Below are positions 1 to 9,204 of a DNA stretch of 64,000 nucleotides, piece after piece (position 1 is the first letter of the stretch; each line of letters opens with the position of its first letter). The notes beneath the pieces are model-generated. The model was given only the letters and a program-made list of their open reading frames with translations, ran no database searches and was not told the origin of the DNA. The stretch covers positions 224,001 through 288,000 of the forward strand of contig CAVVNQ010000004.1 in the NCBI GenBank assembly GCA_963749705.1, given 5' to 3'. Both the position numbers and the translations under genes were made by a program. This DNA is from an uncultured Chloroflexia bacterium (GTDB lineage: Bacteria; Chloroflexota; Limnocylindria; Limnocylindrales; CSP1-4).

Positions 1-732
1 GGGCTGCCGGCGATCCACGGGCTGCTGCTCCTCAACGATGCGCAGACCGGCCTGCCGACGGCGATCCTCGATGCCGGGCCGATCACCGCACAGCGGACCG
101 CCGCCGTGTCCGGGGTCGCAATCCGGGCGTTTGCGCCCGCGGTCGTCGGACGGGCGCCGAGGGCGGCGCTCATCGGCGCCGGGGTGCAGGGCACGAGCCA
201 CGTCCCGGTGCTGGGGCACGTCCTGCCCGGGGTCGAGCTGTCGGTGTTCGACCGAGACCCGGATCGCGCGGCCGCGCTGGCCGCGCTGGCTCGCACCACG
301 CCCGGGATCGGCGCCGCGCAGGTCGCCGCGTCCGCCCGGGACGCGGTCGAGGGCACCGATGTGGTGGTCAGCGCGGCGTCGTTCGTCGCCCCACCGGAGC
401 GCCAGGTCATGACCAACGCCTGGCTCACGGCCGAGGCACTGGTCGTGCCGGTCGACTACGCGACGTACTGCTCGGCGGCGGTCGCCCGCGGTGCGGGGCT
501 GTTCCTCGTGGACCACACCGAGCAGTTCCTGGCCAATCGGGACGCGGGCAACTTCGACGGCTACCCCGACCCCATGGCGATGATCGGCGAGGCGCTCGCG
601 GCCGGAACGGCACGGCCGCGCGGACGCGTCGTGGTCACGCACCTCGGGACCGGGCTCGCGGACGTGGTGTTCGGCGGCGCGATCCTGGAGACCGCGACGA
701 CGCTCGGCCTGGGGACATTGCTCGACCGCTGA
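1..732 (+). CDS. Ornithine cyclodeaminase/mu-crystallin family protein (5' truncated by window edge)
   Basis: Frame open from base 1 (GLPAIHGLLLLNDAQTGLPTAILDAGPITAQRTAAVSG); Rossmann IGAGVQG; C-terminal GTGLADV typical of the OCD/mu-crystallin family. Confidence 0.85.
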   Translation, partial: GLPAIHGLLLLNDAQTGLPTAILDAGPITAQRTAAVSGVAIRAFAPAVVGRAPRAALIGAGVQGTSHVPVLGHVLPGVELSVFDRDPDRAAALAALARTTPGIGAAQVAASARDAVEGTDVVVSAASFVAPPERQVMTNAWLTAEALVVPVDYATYCSAAVARGAGLFLVDHTEQFLANRDAGNFDGYPDPMAMIGEALAAGTARPRGRVVVTHLGTGLADVVFGGAILETATTLGLGTLLDR

Positions 733-824
733 ACCGCGGCGCACGGCGCCGGCCACCGGGGTCGAGGCGTGACGCCGATCGGACGCCGCCGGCAAACGGC
801 GGCCCGCCGGTACCATGGGCCGCC

Positions 825-1790
825 ATGCGCCGCGATCGAGCCTTCGTCGTCGGGACCACCGCCGCCGTGGCCGGGGCCACCATGTTCGGAAGCCTCGGCC
901 CCCTGTCCCGGTTCGCGGCGGACGCCGGGGTGGACGGCGTCGCATTCACCGCGTGGCGCGCCGTGCTGGGCGTTGCGTGCCTGGCGGTCCTGATCGTGCT
1001 GCGGGGCCGCGTCCGGACATCAGCCACCGCGCTCCGGAACCTGGGCGGCCGCGGGCGGCTCACGCTGACCGTCGCCGCGCTCATGGGCCTGACCCTCAAC
1101 GTGGCCATGTTCACCGCATTCGGGCGGATCCCGATCGCGCTCGCCCTGATGATGTTCTACACGTACCCGGCGGGGGTCGCATTCCTGGACGTCGTGCTCG
1201 GGCGGGAGCGGATCACGCCCTCGCGGATCGGTGCGCTCGGCCTGTCGTCGGTGGGCGTGGTCCTCGTGCTGGCCGGTGGCATGGACACCACGGCGGGGAT
1301 CACCGTCGACCTCCTGGGCATCCTGCTGGGGCTCTCGGCCGCCGCCAGCCAGGTCGTGTTCGTGACGATCAGCCGGAACGGATATCGCACCGTCCCGGCC
1401 GATGCCGCGACGCTGCTCATCCTGGTCACGTCGGCCGTCGGCGGAGCGCTGCTGGCGATCGTCGTCGGCCAGGCGGACGGCCTGGCCGCGCCGTTCCGGT
1501 CCCCCGATCCGTGGCCGGTGCTGCTGCTGGCCGGCATCGTGGCGGCGGGCATCGCATCGCTGCTGTTCCTCACCGCGGTCCGCTCCATCGGCGGCACCCG
1601 GACCGGGATCCTGATGCTCTGGGAGCCGGTGGTCGGCGTGCTCCTGGCCGGGCTGCTGCTGGGCGAGGCGCTGACCCCGATCCAGGCCCTGGGCGGCGTG
1701 CTCGTCCTGGCCGGTGCGCTCGTGCTCCAGCTGCGCTCCGATCCGGAGCTCGAGCCGGTGATCGAGCAGGGCGCCGGCCCGATCCTCTGA
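825..1790 (+). CDS. DMT/EamA family transporter
   Basis: About 10 hydrophobic helices in two repeats; YTYPA and WEPVVGVLLAGLLLGE motifs; TACCAT -10-like hexamer 8 nt upstream of ATG. Confidence 0.88.
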   Translation: MRRDRAFVVGTTAAVAGATMFGSLGPLSRFAADAGVDGVAFTAWRAVLGVACLAVLIVLRGRVRTSATALRNLGGRGRLTLTVAALMGLTLNVAMFTAFGRIPIALALMMFYTYPAGVAFLDVVLGRERITPSRIGALGLSSVGVVLVLAGGMDTTAGITVDLLGILLGLSAAASQVVFVTISRNGYRTVPADAATLLILVTSAVGGALLAIVVGQADGLAAPFRSPDPWPVLLLAGIVAAGIASLLFLTAVRSIGGTRTGILMLWEPVVGVLLAGLLLGEALTPIQALGGVLVLAGALVLQLRSDPELEPVIEQGAGPIL

Positions 1791-1960
1791 GCCTCACGGC
1801 CTCAGGTCACCGCCCCGCTGCCGATGCACGCGCCGGTCCGAGGATCTACCGTAGACACGCTCGACGCCGCAGGCGCCGCCCGGCAACAGCTTCCGGCTCC
1901 GCAGGTCCGTCCCGCCGCCACTCGTCCAGATCGATCCGAAGCCGCATCCAGGAGGATCCG

Positions 1961-2668
1961 TTGATCCACGTCGAAGGGCTCGCGGGCCGCGTCGCGGTCG
2001 TGACCGGTGCAGGGCGCGGGATCGGCAAGCGCATCGCCGAGGTGCTCGCGGCGAACGGCGCGCTCGTGGCGGGGCTCGACCTGACCGCGCCCGAGCACGA
2101 GGGGGTGCTGGGCATCGAGTGCGACGTGAGCGACGAGACCGCCGTCGACGCCGCGTTCGCCGAGGTCGAGGCCCGGCTGGGCACGGTGTCGGTGCTGGTC
2201 CTCAATGCGGGAATCCTTCCCGTCGGGCCGTTCGTCGAGACCTCGACGGAGCTGTGGGAGCGAACCATCGCGATCAACCTCACCGGGGCGTTCTTCACGC
2301 TCCGCCGCGGGATCCCGGGCATGCGCTCGCTGGGCTACGGCCGGATCGTCGCCGTCGGCGCCGCGGCCGGCAAGTCGGGCGGGGCACGCTCGGCGGCGTT
2401 CGCGGCGTCGAAGGCAGGGCTGATGACCCTGACCAAGTCGATCGCCAGCGAGTTCGCTCGCGAGGGCATCACCGCCAACGCCGTCGCCCCCGCGCTCATC
2501 GATACCGACGTGATCGCGAGCACGCGCGAGCTTGCGGACCGGGTGCCGGTCGGCCGCCTGGGAACGACCGACGAGGTGGCCGCGGCGGTCGCGTTCCTGT
2601 GCTCCGAGCACGCCGGCTACATCACGGGCGAGATCCTGGACATCAACGGCGGCACCCTGATCGACTGA
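1961..2668 (+). CDS. SDR family (FabG-like) oxidoreductase homologue, catalytic Tyr and Ser substituted
   Basis: GGAGG at 1951 then TTG at 1961; TGAGRGIG, NAG, NAVAPALIDT and YITGEILDINGG motifs; FAASK where YxxxK is expected. Confidence 0.85.
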   Translation: MIHVEGLAGRVAVVTGAGRGIGKRIAEVLAANGALVAGLDLTAPEHEGVLGIECDVSDETAVDAAFAEVEARLGTVSVLVLNAGILPVGPFVETSTELWERTIAINLTGAFFTLRRGIPGMRSLGYGRIVAVGAAAGKSGGARSAAFAASKAGLMTLTKSIASEFAREGITANAVAPALIDTDVIASTRELADRVPVGRLGTTDEVAAAVAFLCSEHAGYITGEILDINGGTLID

Positions 2669-2674
2669 CGGGCG

Positions 2675-3019
2675 TCAGGCGTCCTCGTTGACCTCGAGTG
2701 GGCCGTCGCCGACCTCGATCAGGACGCGGTCGCCATCGACGACGACGGGATACACGGCCAGTGGCAGCTCGGCCGGTGGATCGAGCGCCTCGCCGTCGGT
2801 CAGGTCGAACCGCGACAGGTGGAGCGCGCAGGTGAGCGTGCCGGCCGTCAGGAAGCCCCGGTCGAGCTCGAAGTACTCGTGCGAGCACGTCCCCTGGAGC
2901 GCGTGGAACTCGCCGTTGACGTGCACCACGAGCACGGGATCGCTCTGGTCGACCCACACCATGCGCATCTCGCCCTCGGCGACCTCATCGACGCCGATGA
3001 GGTCGATTCGCCGGCTCAC
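2675..3019 (-). CDS. Rieske [2Fe-2S] ferredoxin
   Basis: CSH...CALH Rieske ligands; GTG start at 3019; directly downstream of sufD. Confidence 0.88.
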   Translation of the reverse strand: MSRRIDLIGVDEVAEGEMRMVWVDQSDPVLVVHVNGEFHALQGTCSHEYFELDRGFLTAGTLTCALHLSRFDLTDGEALDPPAELPLAVYPVVVDGDRVLIEVGDGPLEVNEDA

Positions 3020-3050
3020 GCGAGCATCATGACGCGGGCGCGCTCCCGGA

Positions 3051-4451
3051 TCAGGCTGCGGTGGTGGCGCCGGCGCCGAAGCCCGACGTCCACTTCGCCT
3101 CGAGCGCGTCGCGGAGTCGCTCCTGCGCGTCCGCGAGCGGGACGCGCGCGACGACGGGCTCGAGGAAGCCCAGGACGATGAACTTCCGCGCCTCGTCGGG
3201 CGGGATCCCGCGGCTCTCGAGGTAGAACAGCTGGGTCTCGTCGATCGGGCCGACCGAGGACGAGTGTGCCGCGCGCCGGCAGTCCGGCTGGTCGATCTCG
3301 AGCGACGGGATGGCCACGGCACGCGCCGACTTCGACAGGTTCATCCCGAACTCGCCCAGGTAGCTGTCGGTGCCGACCGCCGACCGCTCGATCGTGATCA
3401 GGCCCTTCATGAAGCTTCGCGAGCGGTCCATGAGGGCGCCCTTCGACAGCAGCTGACCCGTGGTATCGCGTCCGAGGTGGCGCGTGTACGAGGTGAGGTC
3501 GTGGAGCTGCTCGCCGGCGCCGAACACGATCTCGGCCTGCTCGACGACGCTCCGGTCGCCGGCCAGCACGTTGTCCACCCGCGAGCGGACCAGCCGGCTG
3601 CCCAGCTGGGCGAGCGCCCAGCGCAGGTCCGCGGCCTCACCCAGCTCGGCGCGGCGCTGCTGGAACAGGACGTGATCCGGGCCGAGCTCCTGGAGGCTGG
3701 CCATCGCCAGCCGCGCATGGGCGCCCAGCCGGATCTCGGTGGTGCTCGAGAGCAGCGCCTGGGCACCGGCCACGACCCCGTCGGATGCGACGAGCTCCTC
3801 GACCACGGACGCCTCGGCGCCGTCGCCGAGCACGATCAGCGTGCGCGCGATGAGCGTGCGCGGTGCGCCAACGACCCAGCGCAGCACGATCGGGTGCTCG
3901 AGGCGGACGCCGGCCGGGACCAGCACGACGACGCCCTGCGACCACGCGGCGCGAGAGAGCTGCGCGAGCTTCTCACCGGCAGGGAGGAGGTTGCCGCCGG
4001 CGAGGAGCTCGCGCGCGAGGCCATCGTCGGTGCGCACCAGCTCGCCCAGGGTGAGGAGCCGGACGCCGGCCGCGCGGGCCTCGTCCGACAGCGCCGCGAT
4101 GGCGACCTCGGCCTCGTTGAGCTCGAGCAGCCCGGCGACGTCATCGGGGATCCCGGCGGCGCTGGCCGCATCGGCCGACGCCGCCTGCACGTACGGCGCC
4201 GCCGCGTCGAGGTCGGCTGCCCGCAGGTCCAGGTATGGCGTGTACAGCCGGTTGCTCTCGACGGCCAGCTCCTCGAACGCCGCGAGGGCGGCAAGGCGGT
4301 CATCACGCAGCCAGCGCGGCTCGTCGTGCGCGTCGGCGACCGATTCGACCAGCTCGCGGGTGACGAACGAGAACGGCAGGTCGGCCGGTCCTCGCCGGCG
4401 CGGCCTCGCGGCGCGACCGGCGGAGGTCGAGGGGTCCGCGACCTCCGTCAT
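3051..4451 (-). CDS. sufD: Fe-S cluster assembly protein SufD-like
   Basis: ATG at 4451 overlaps the sufB stop (ATGA); IPSLEI...AAHSSSVGPIDETQLFYLESRGIPPDEARKFIVLGF SufBD C-terminus. Confidence 0.88.
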   Translation of the reverse strand: MTEVADPSTSAGRAARPRRRGPADLPFSFVTRELVESVADAHDEPRWLRDDRLAALAAFEELAVESNRLYTPYLDLRAADLDAAAPYVQAASADAASAAGIPDDVAGLLELNEAEVAIAALSDEARAAGVRLLTLGELVRTDDGLARELLAGGNLLPAGEKLAQLSRAAWSQGVVVLVPAGVRLEHPIVLRWVVGAPRTLIARTLIVLGDGAEASVVEELVASDGVVAGAQALLSSTTEIRLGAHARLAMASLQELGPDHVLFQQRRAELGEAADLRWALAQLGSRLVRSRVDNVLAGDRSVVEQAEIVFGAGEQLHDLTSYTRHLGRDTTGQLLSKGALMDRSRSFMKGLITIERSAVGTDSYLGEFGMNLSKSARAVAIPSLEIDQPDCRRAAHSSSVGPIDETQLFYLESRGIPPDEARKFIVLGFLEPVVARVPLADAQERLRDALEAKWTSGFGAGATTAA

Positions 4452-5851
4452 CCGAGCGAGCCGTCCATCTCGAGCTTGACGAGGCGGTTGAACTCGATCG
4501 CGTACTCCATCGGGAGCTCCTTGGTGAACACCTCGAGGAACCCCTGGATCACGAGGTTCTGGGCCTCGTTCTCGGTCAGGCCGCGGCTCATCAGGTAGAA
4601 GATCTGGTCGGCCGAGATCTTGCCGACGGTGGCCTCGTGGGTCATCGTCGTGTCGTCTTCCTGGATGTCGATGTACGGGTAGGTGTCGCTGCGGCTCTCG
4701 TCGTCGAGCATCAGCGCATCGCAGCGCACGCTGGCGGTGACCCCGGTCGCGCCCGGCGCCACCTTGAGCTGGCCGCGGTACGTCGCCCGCCCGCCATCCT
4801 TGGACACCGACTTGGACACGATCCGCGACGTCGTGTTGGGCGCCAGGTGGATGGCCTTGGCGCCGGTGTCCTGGTGCTGGCCACGGCCCGCGACCGCGAC
4901 CGAGATGACCTCGGCCCGGGCACCCTCGCCGCGCAGGTAGATCGCCGGGTACTTCATCGTCAGCCGGGAGCCGGTGTTCGCGTCCACCCACTCGACCGTG
5001 CTGTTGGCGTGCGCGTGGGCGCGCTTGGTCACCAGGTTGTAGACGTCGTTCGACCAGTTCTGGATCGTCGTGTAGCGGACCTTCGATCCCGGCAGCGCGA
5101 CGACCTCGACGACCGCGGCATGGAGCGAGTCCGTGGCGTAGATCGGCGCCGTGCAGCCTTCGATGTAGTGGACCTTGGCGCCCTCGTCGACGACGATCAG
5201 CGTCCGCTCGAACTGGCCGGTGTTCTCGCCGTTGATCCGGAAGTACGCCTGCAGCGGCAGCGGGACCTCGACGCCCTTGGGGACGTACACGAAGCTGCCG
5301 CCCGACCACACGGCGGAGTTCAGGGCGGCAAACTTGTTGTCCTCGGGCGGGACGACGGTGCCGAAGTGGGCGCGGAAGATCTCCGGGTATTCCTTGAGCG
5401 CCTGGTCCGTGCCCATGAACACGACGCCGATCTTGCTCAGCTCCTCGCGCACCGAGTGGTACACGACCTCGGAGTCGTACTGGGCGCCGACGCCGGCAAG
5501 GAACTTGCGCTCCGCCTCGGGGATCCCCAGCTTCTCGAACGTCGCCTTGATCTGCTCCGGGACATCGTCCCAGGACTTCTCCTCGCGCTCGGACGGCTTC
5601 CGGTAGTAGACGATCTTGGCGAGGTCGATGTCGTCGAGGCGTCCGCCCCAGCTGGGCATCTTCCGCTTCATGAAGTGGTCGTAGGCGCGGAGACGGAACT
5701 GGAGCATCCAGTCCGGCTCTTCCTTGAACCGGCTGATGTCCTCGACCGTGTCGCGCGTCAGCCCGCGCTTGGTCTCGCGCAGGTAGACGATGTCGTCATG
5801 GAAGGCGAACTTGTCGCGTTCGTCCTGGACGATTTCGCGGGTCGAGGTCAT
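4448..5851 (-). CDS. sufB: Fe-S cluster assembly protein SufB
   Basis: AGVGAQYDSEVVY, ALNSAVWSGGSFVYVPKG, GQFERTLI, YIEGCTAP and HEATVGKI motifs. Confidence 0.97.
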   Translation of the reverse strand: MTSTREIVQDERDKFAFHDDIVYLRETKRGLTRDTVEDISRFKEEPDWMLQFRLRAYDHFMKRKMPSWGGRLDDIDLAKIVYYRKPSEREEKSWDDVPEQIKATFEKLGIPEAERKFLAGVGAQYDSEVVYHSVREELSKIGVVFMGTDQALKEYPEIFRAHFGTVVPPEDNKFAALNSAVWSGGSFVYVPKGVEVPLPLQAYFRINGENTGQFERTLIVVDEGAKVHYIEGCTAPIYATDSLHAAVVEVVALPGSKVRYTTIQNWSNDVYNLVTKRAHAHANSTVEWVDANTGSRLTMKYPAIYLRGEGARAEVISVAVAGRGQHQDTGAKAIHLAPNTTSRIVSKSVSKDGGRATYRGQLKVAPGATGVTASVRCDALMLDDESRSDTYPYIDIQEDDTTMTHEATVGKISADQIFYLMSRGLTENEAQNLVIQGFLEVFTKELPMEYAIEFNRLVKLEMDGSLG

Positions 5852-5940
5852 CGCTGCTCCGATCGCGGCGCGCCGCCGCGGGCTGCTGGGTGTCGGTGGT
5901 CCGGGAACGCCGCGACCGCCGGGGACGTGGGTCGCGGGCT

Positions 5941-5965
5941 AATCCCTAGTGGAATTATCGGAATT
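5941..5965. promoter_or_regulatory. Imperfect 25-bp palindrome upstream of sufB; candidate Rrf2-family (IscR/SufR-like) operator
   Basis: AATCCCTA-N9-TCGGAATT (6/8 dyad), an AT-rich patch in GC-rich DNA about 90 nt upstream of the sufB start. Confidence 0.55.
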
Positions 5966-6337
5966 ACCGGGCGATCCGTCAATCGAGGGTCACCTGGCAG
6001 CGCCGGAGCGGGCGGGCGGACGGACAGACGGGCGGGCGGCGTGCGCCCGGTCGGGCGGCGGGACCGCCTGCGGGACCTCGGTCCCTTTGTCCCTTCGCCC
6101 CTTCCAATCCATGACACATGTCCAGGACGCGAACGATGGCCATCGCGGGGGCGCCGTCGTGGCGGAAATCGTGCGGCGCCGTGCCGCTTCGCGCGCCGCG
6201 AGGCGCCGTCCTGCTGACGATCGCCCGCCAGGCGGTCATCTGGCAGGGACTGCGGCGCTGCAGACACGGAGCGGGTCGCGTCCGAACCAGGTTCCGGCGG
6301 CGAACGCTCGCCTCGCGGTCATCTGGCAGGAAGCGGC

Positions 6338-6418
6338 GGCGAGGAAGGGCGCCGCGCCCGCCGGCGAGGGAGGGCGCCGCGCCCGCCGGCGAGGAAGGGC
6401 GCCGCGCCCGCCGGCGAG
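6338..6418. repeat. Tandem repeat, 25-bp unit x ~3.2
   Basis: ggcgagg(a/g)agggcgccgcgcccgcc at 6338, 6363 and 6388, partial copy at 6413. Confidence 0.85.
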
Positions 6419-6429
6419 CCCCTCCCCGA

Positions 6430-7656
6430 TCAGAAGAACGTCGAGCACCAGGGCTCGTCGAGCACCCGGAACAGCGCGTCGGCGCGGGCCAGTGCCCCGG
6501 CGACGTGCTCGTCGACGCCGGTCGCGAGCACCGCCCGGCGCAGTGGCGATCCGCCGAGGTAGGCGGCGCCCAGTGCCGCGACGGGGAGCGTCAGGTCGGG
6601 CGTTCGATCCGTCGGCCGGCAGGTGGCGCCGTCCGGTGACGCGTCCAGGACCAGCCGGATCGGGCCGTTGAGCTCGCCGTCGATCACCTCGAGCACCAGC
6701 TCGTCGGTCCGTTCGTACGCGCGCGCCTCGAGCGCCCGCGCAACGTCGAACAGGCGCACCCACATCCCCTCGCCCACCCCCGAGGCGACCGCCGCGCGCG
6801 CGTTGGTCAGCAGCCACGGCAGCGGGTCCGACGGGCTGCGGCCGGGAGCCACCACGGTCGACACGAGGTCCGTCTCGGCAAGGAAGCGCCACAGCGCGAG
6901 CCTTGCCGCATCGGTCAGGGCATGCAGGTCGTTCACGCGCAGGATGTTCCGCGGCTGCCGGTCGTCCCAGCGCTCCTCGGCGAGGTAGCGGGCGTAGCCG
7001 TCTACCGCGCCCGTTTCGTCGCGATGGAGCGCGAGGAACCCCTTCCACGTCCGCCCCCACGGTGGCTCCGTCAACCCCAGCTCATCGCCCCAGCGGAACG
7101 GATTTCGCCGGATCTCGCCGGCCTGGCGCCGCCGCCACGCCTCGAACACGGCCAGGACCGCGTCCCGGCTCGCCGGCCCGGGCGTGACCAGCTCGACGCC
7201 GGAGGTAGGCGCTCCGTGGAACCCCGTCGCGAATGCGTCGATGGTCCACGTCGCCAGCCGGCAGCCGGGCCCGTACCCGAACCGGCCGTAGATCCCGTAC
7301 TCGGACGCGTACAGCAGGCCGACGGCCTCGCCCCGTTCGCGGATCGCTCCATGCTCGGCGGCGGTGAGCGCGCTCAGGATCCCGCGCCGCCGGTGGGTCG
7401 GCAGCACCGCCACGCCCGCGACGGCGGCTGCGGGCAGCCGGCCGCCACCCGGGACGGTGAGCTCGGTGGCCCATGATCGGAACGTTCCGCAGGCACGATC
7501 GCCCTCGAACGCACCCCAGGTGCGTGCCGGATCCCAGCGCTCCCTGACGATGCCGGCGACGCGCTCGACGTCGGGACGCTCGAGGAAGGCGGTGGTCATC
7601 GCCTCCAGCAGGGCGCCGAACTCGTCCGGCCGGGCATTGCGGATCTCGACCGTCAT
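6430..7656 (-). CDS. Eis-like GNAT N-acetyltransferase (GNAT-GNAT-SCP2); also the C-terminal part of the 6430-9030 ORF
   Basis: VAVLPTHRRRGIL acetyl-CoA motif, LYASEYGIYGRFGYG, ALGAAYLGG, C-terminal PWCSTFF; own TGnTACCCT -10 7 nt before ATG 7656. Confidence 0.88.
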   Translation of the reverse strand: MTVEIRNARPDEFGALLEAMTTAFLERPDVERVAGIVRERWDPARTWGAFEGDRACGTFRSWATELTVPGGGRLPAAAVAGVAVLPTHRRRGILSALTAAEHGAIRERGEAVGLLYASEYGIYGRFGYGPGCRLATWTIDAFATGFHGAPTSGVELVTPGPASRDAVLAVFEAWRRRQAGEIRRNPFRWGDELGLTEPPWGRTWKGFLALHRDETGAVDGYARYLAEERWDDRQPRNILRVNDLHALTDAARLALWRFLAETDLVSTVVAPGRSPSDPLPWLLTNARAAVASGVGEGMWVRLFDVARALEARAYERTDELVLEVIDGELNGPIRLVLDASPDGATCRPTDRTPDLTLPVAALGAAYLGGSPLRRAVLATGVDEHVAGALARADALFRVLDEPWCSTFF

Positions 7657-9030
7657 CGCCGCGAGGGTAGCATCGGGCCGGCGGCGCGGCGCCCCGGCGG
7701 GCGTCCCGGTGGCGCGCGACGGCCGCACTTGCCGGGCGGAGCGCGGTGACGGGCCGAGCCGGTCCCGAAGGGCGGTTGACAGCGCCCGGTGCCGCGCAAC
7801 CCGGGGCATGGCCACCCTCGCCAGGTCCGCGAACGCCAGGTGAGCCCGGAGCGCGTCGGCGAACGCATCGACGAACCCGGGGTTCGCGCCGGACAACGGG
7901 TCGAAGCCGTCTTCCCACCACAACCCGAGGATGCGCAGCGTGCCGCTCCGGCGATCGATCCGCGGCTCGATCCGGCCCACGAACCGGTCCCCGTACAGCA
8001 GCGGGAGGACGTAGTAGCCCCAGCGCCGCTTCGCGGCCGGCACGTACACCTCCCAGCGGTAGTCGAAGCCCCACAGCCGGAGCAGCAGGTCGCGGTCCCA
8101 GGCCAGCGGATCGAGCGGCGCCAGGAATGCCGCGCCGGGCTCCCTGTCGCCGGGTCGCGGCGGCGCGCCGGCCGCGGACTCCGCCGCGACCTCTGCCTCG
8201 GCCGAGTCGAGCACGGGCAGCTCATCCGCCAGGATGAACCGGGGCGTCCTGAACCCCTCGACCTCGACCGGCACGATCGCCCCCGCGTCGACGAGCTGCG
8301 CGTGGACCACCGCCCGGCGCGGCGCCTTGCCGATGCCCATCCACAACGTGTAGTCGCCGGTCGCCGCCAGCAGCCCGTTGCCGCGATAGCGGGACAGCAG
8401 CTTGTGGCGCAGCTGCTCGTCCTCGGGGGGCCGGCGGGCCAGGAGCTCCGCCGGGAACAGCCGCTCCGACAGGTCGTACACCCGCCGATTGCCTTCTCGC
8501 CGGGCGATGGCCACGATGCCGGCCTCGGCCAGCGCTTCGAGCAACGCGCGCACCTGGTTGGTGGGCCGCCAGTACCAGTCGATGGCCGCACGCGGCGCGA
8601 TGTCCGTCGATGACAGCGGGCCACGCGCCCGCATCGTCTCGAGCAGCTCCTCGACCAGCGGAGCGTGCTCGTCGAACGCGCCGCCCCGGTGCCCGTCGTG
8701 ACCCTGGTCCCAGGTCAGCCGATACCAGGGCAGCTCCGCGGTCGGCACCAGCGACAGCTGCTTGTTGTACGTCTCGTACAGCTCCCGCGTGTCGTACAGC
8801 AGCGCGTCGGTCCACGACCGCCGGTATCCGGCCACGCGGGCGAGCAATGTCAGGTCATGGTTCCGCCCGGCGACCTCGAGCGGATCGAACTGGAGGGAAC
8901 CCAGCCGCTCGACCACGCGCATGACCGACGCCGGCTCGGCGGGCAGCGATCGCGGCGGTGCGAGCAGGTGGCGCAGGACGAGGAACCGTCGCGCGACGGG
9001 TCGTGACACGGGCCTGGGCTGGGGAGGCAC
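6430..9030 (-). CDS. YcaQ/AlkZ-like (HTH_42) DNA crosslink-repair glycosylase, running in frame into the Eis-like GNAT
   Basis: GSLQFDP (QxD motif), APLDPLAWDR, YRWEVYVPAAKRRWGYYVLPLLYGDRFVGRIE; no stop before the GNAT; TACCAT 6 nt upstream of GTG 9030. Confidence 0.8.
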   Translation of the reverse strand: MPPQPRPVSRPVARRFLVLRHLLAPPRSLPAEPASVMRVVERLGSLQFDPLEVAGRNHDLTLLARVAGYRRSWTDALLYDTRELYETYNKQLSLVPTAELPWYRLTWDQGHDGHRGGAFDEHAPLVEELLETMRARGPLSSTDIAPRAAIDWYWRPTNQVRALLEALAEAGIVAIARREGNRRVYDLSERLFPAELLARRPPEDEQLRHKLLSRYRGNGLLAATGDYTLWMGIGKAPRRAVVHAQLVDAGAIVPVEVEGFRTPRFILADELPVLDSAEAEVAAESAAGAPPRPGDREPGAAFLAPLDPLAWDRDLLLRLWGFDYRWEVYVPAAKRRWGYYVLPLLYGDRFVGRIEPRIDRRSGTLRILGLWWEDGFDPLSGANPGFVDAFADALRAHLAFADLARVAMPRVARHRALSTALRDRLGPSPRSARQVRPSRATGTPAGAPRRRPDATLAAMTVEIRNARPDEFGALLEAMTTAFLERPDVERVAGIVRERWDPARTWGAFEGDRACGTFRSWATELTVPGGGRLPAAAVAGVAVLPTHRRRGILSALTAAEHGAIRERGEAVGLLYASEYGIYGRFGYGPGCRLATWTIDAFATGFHGAPTSGVELVTPGPASRDAVLAVFEAWRRRQAGEIRRNPFRWGDELGLTEPPWGRTWKGFLALHRDETGAVDGYARYLAEERWDDRQPRNILRVNDLHALTDAARLALWRFLAETDLVSTVVAPGRSPSDPLPWLLTNARAAVASGVGEGMWVRLFDVARALEARAYERTDELVLEVIDGELNGPIRLVLDASPDGATCRPTDRTPDLTLPVAALGAAYLGGSPLRRAVLATGVDEHVAGALARADALFRVLDEPWCSTFF

Positions 9031-9204
9031 CCGCGGATGGTAGGCGAGACCGCGCCGAACCGGTACCTCCGGCCGTCGAACGGCCTATGCGCGGCCGGCG
9101 CGGATTCGCGATATCGTCAGGGCGAATTGGTACGGTGTAACCGAAGCATCCGTCACAACCGAAGGAATTTCGAGATCGATCCCACGCACCACAACCGCGC
9201 CGAT

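Noticed and set aside
815-2668. 617-aa ORF as a fusion protein
   Set aside because: The N-terminal part is an off-frame shadow of the DMT gene; the real SDR starts at TTG 1961 with an RBS
3051-5309. 752-aa extended SufD
   Set aside because: The upstream part overlaps sufB in another frame; the true start is 4451
6232-6418. Possible CRISPR array from the direct repeats
   Set aside because: The repeats are head-to-tail or only two copies, with no regular unique spacers and no cas genes
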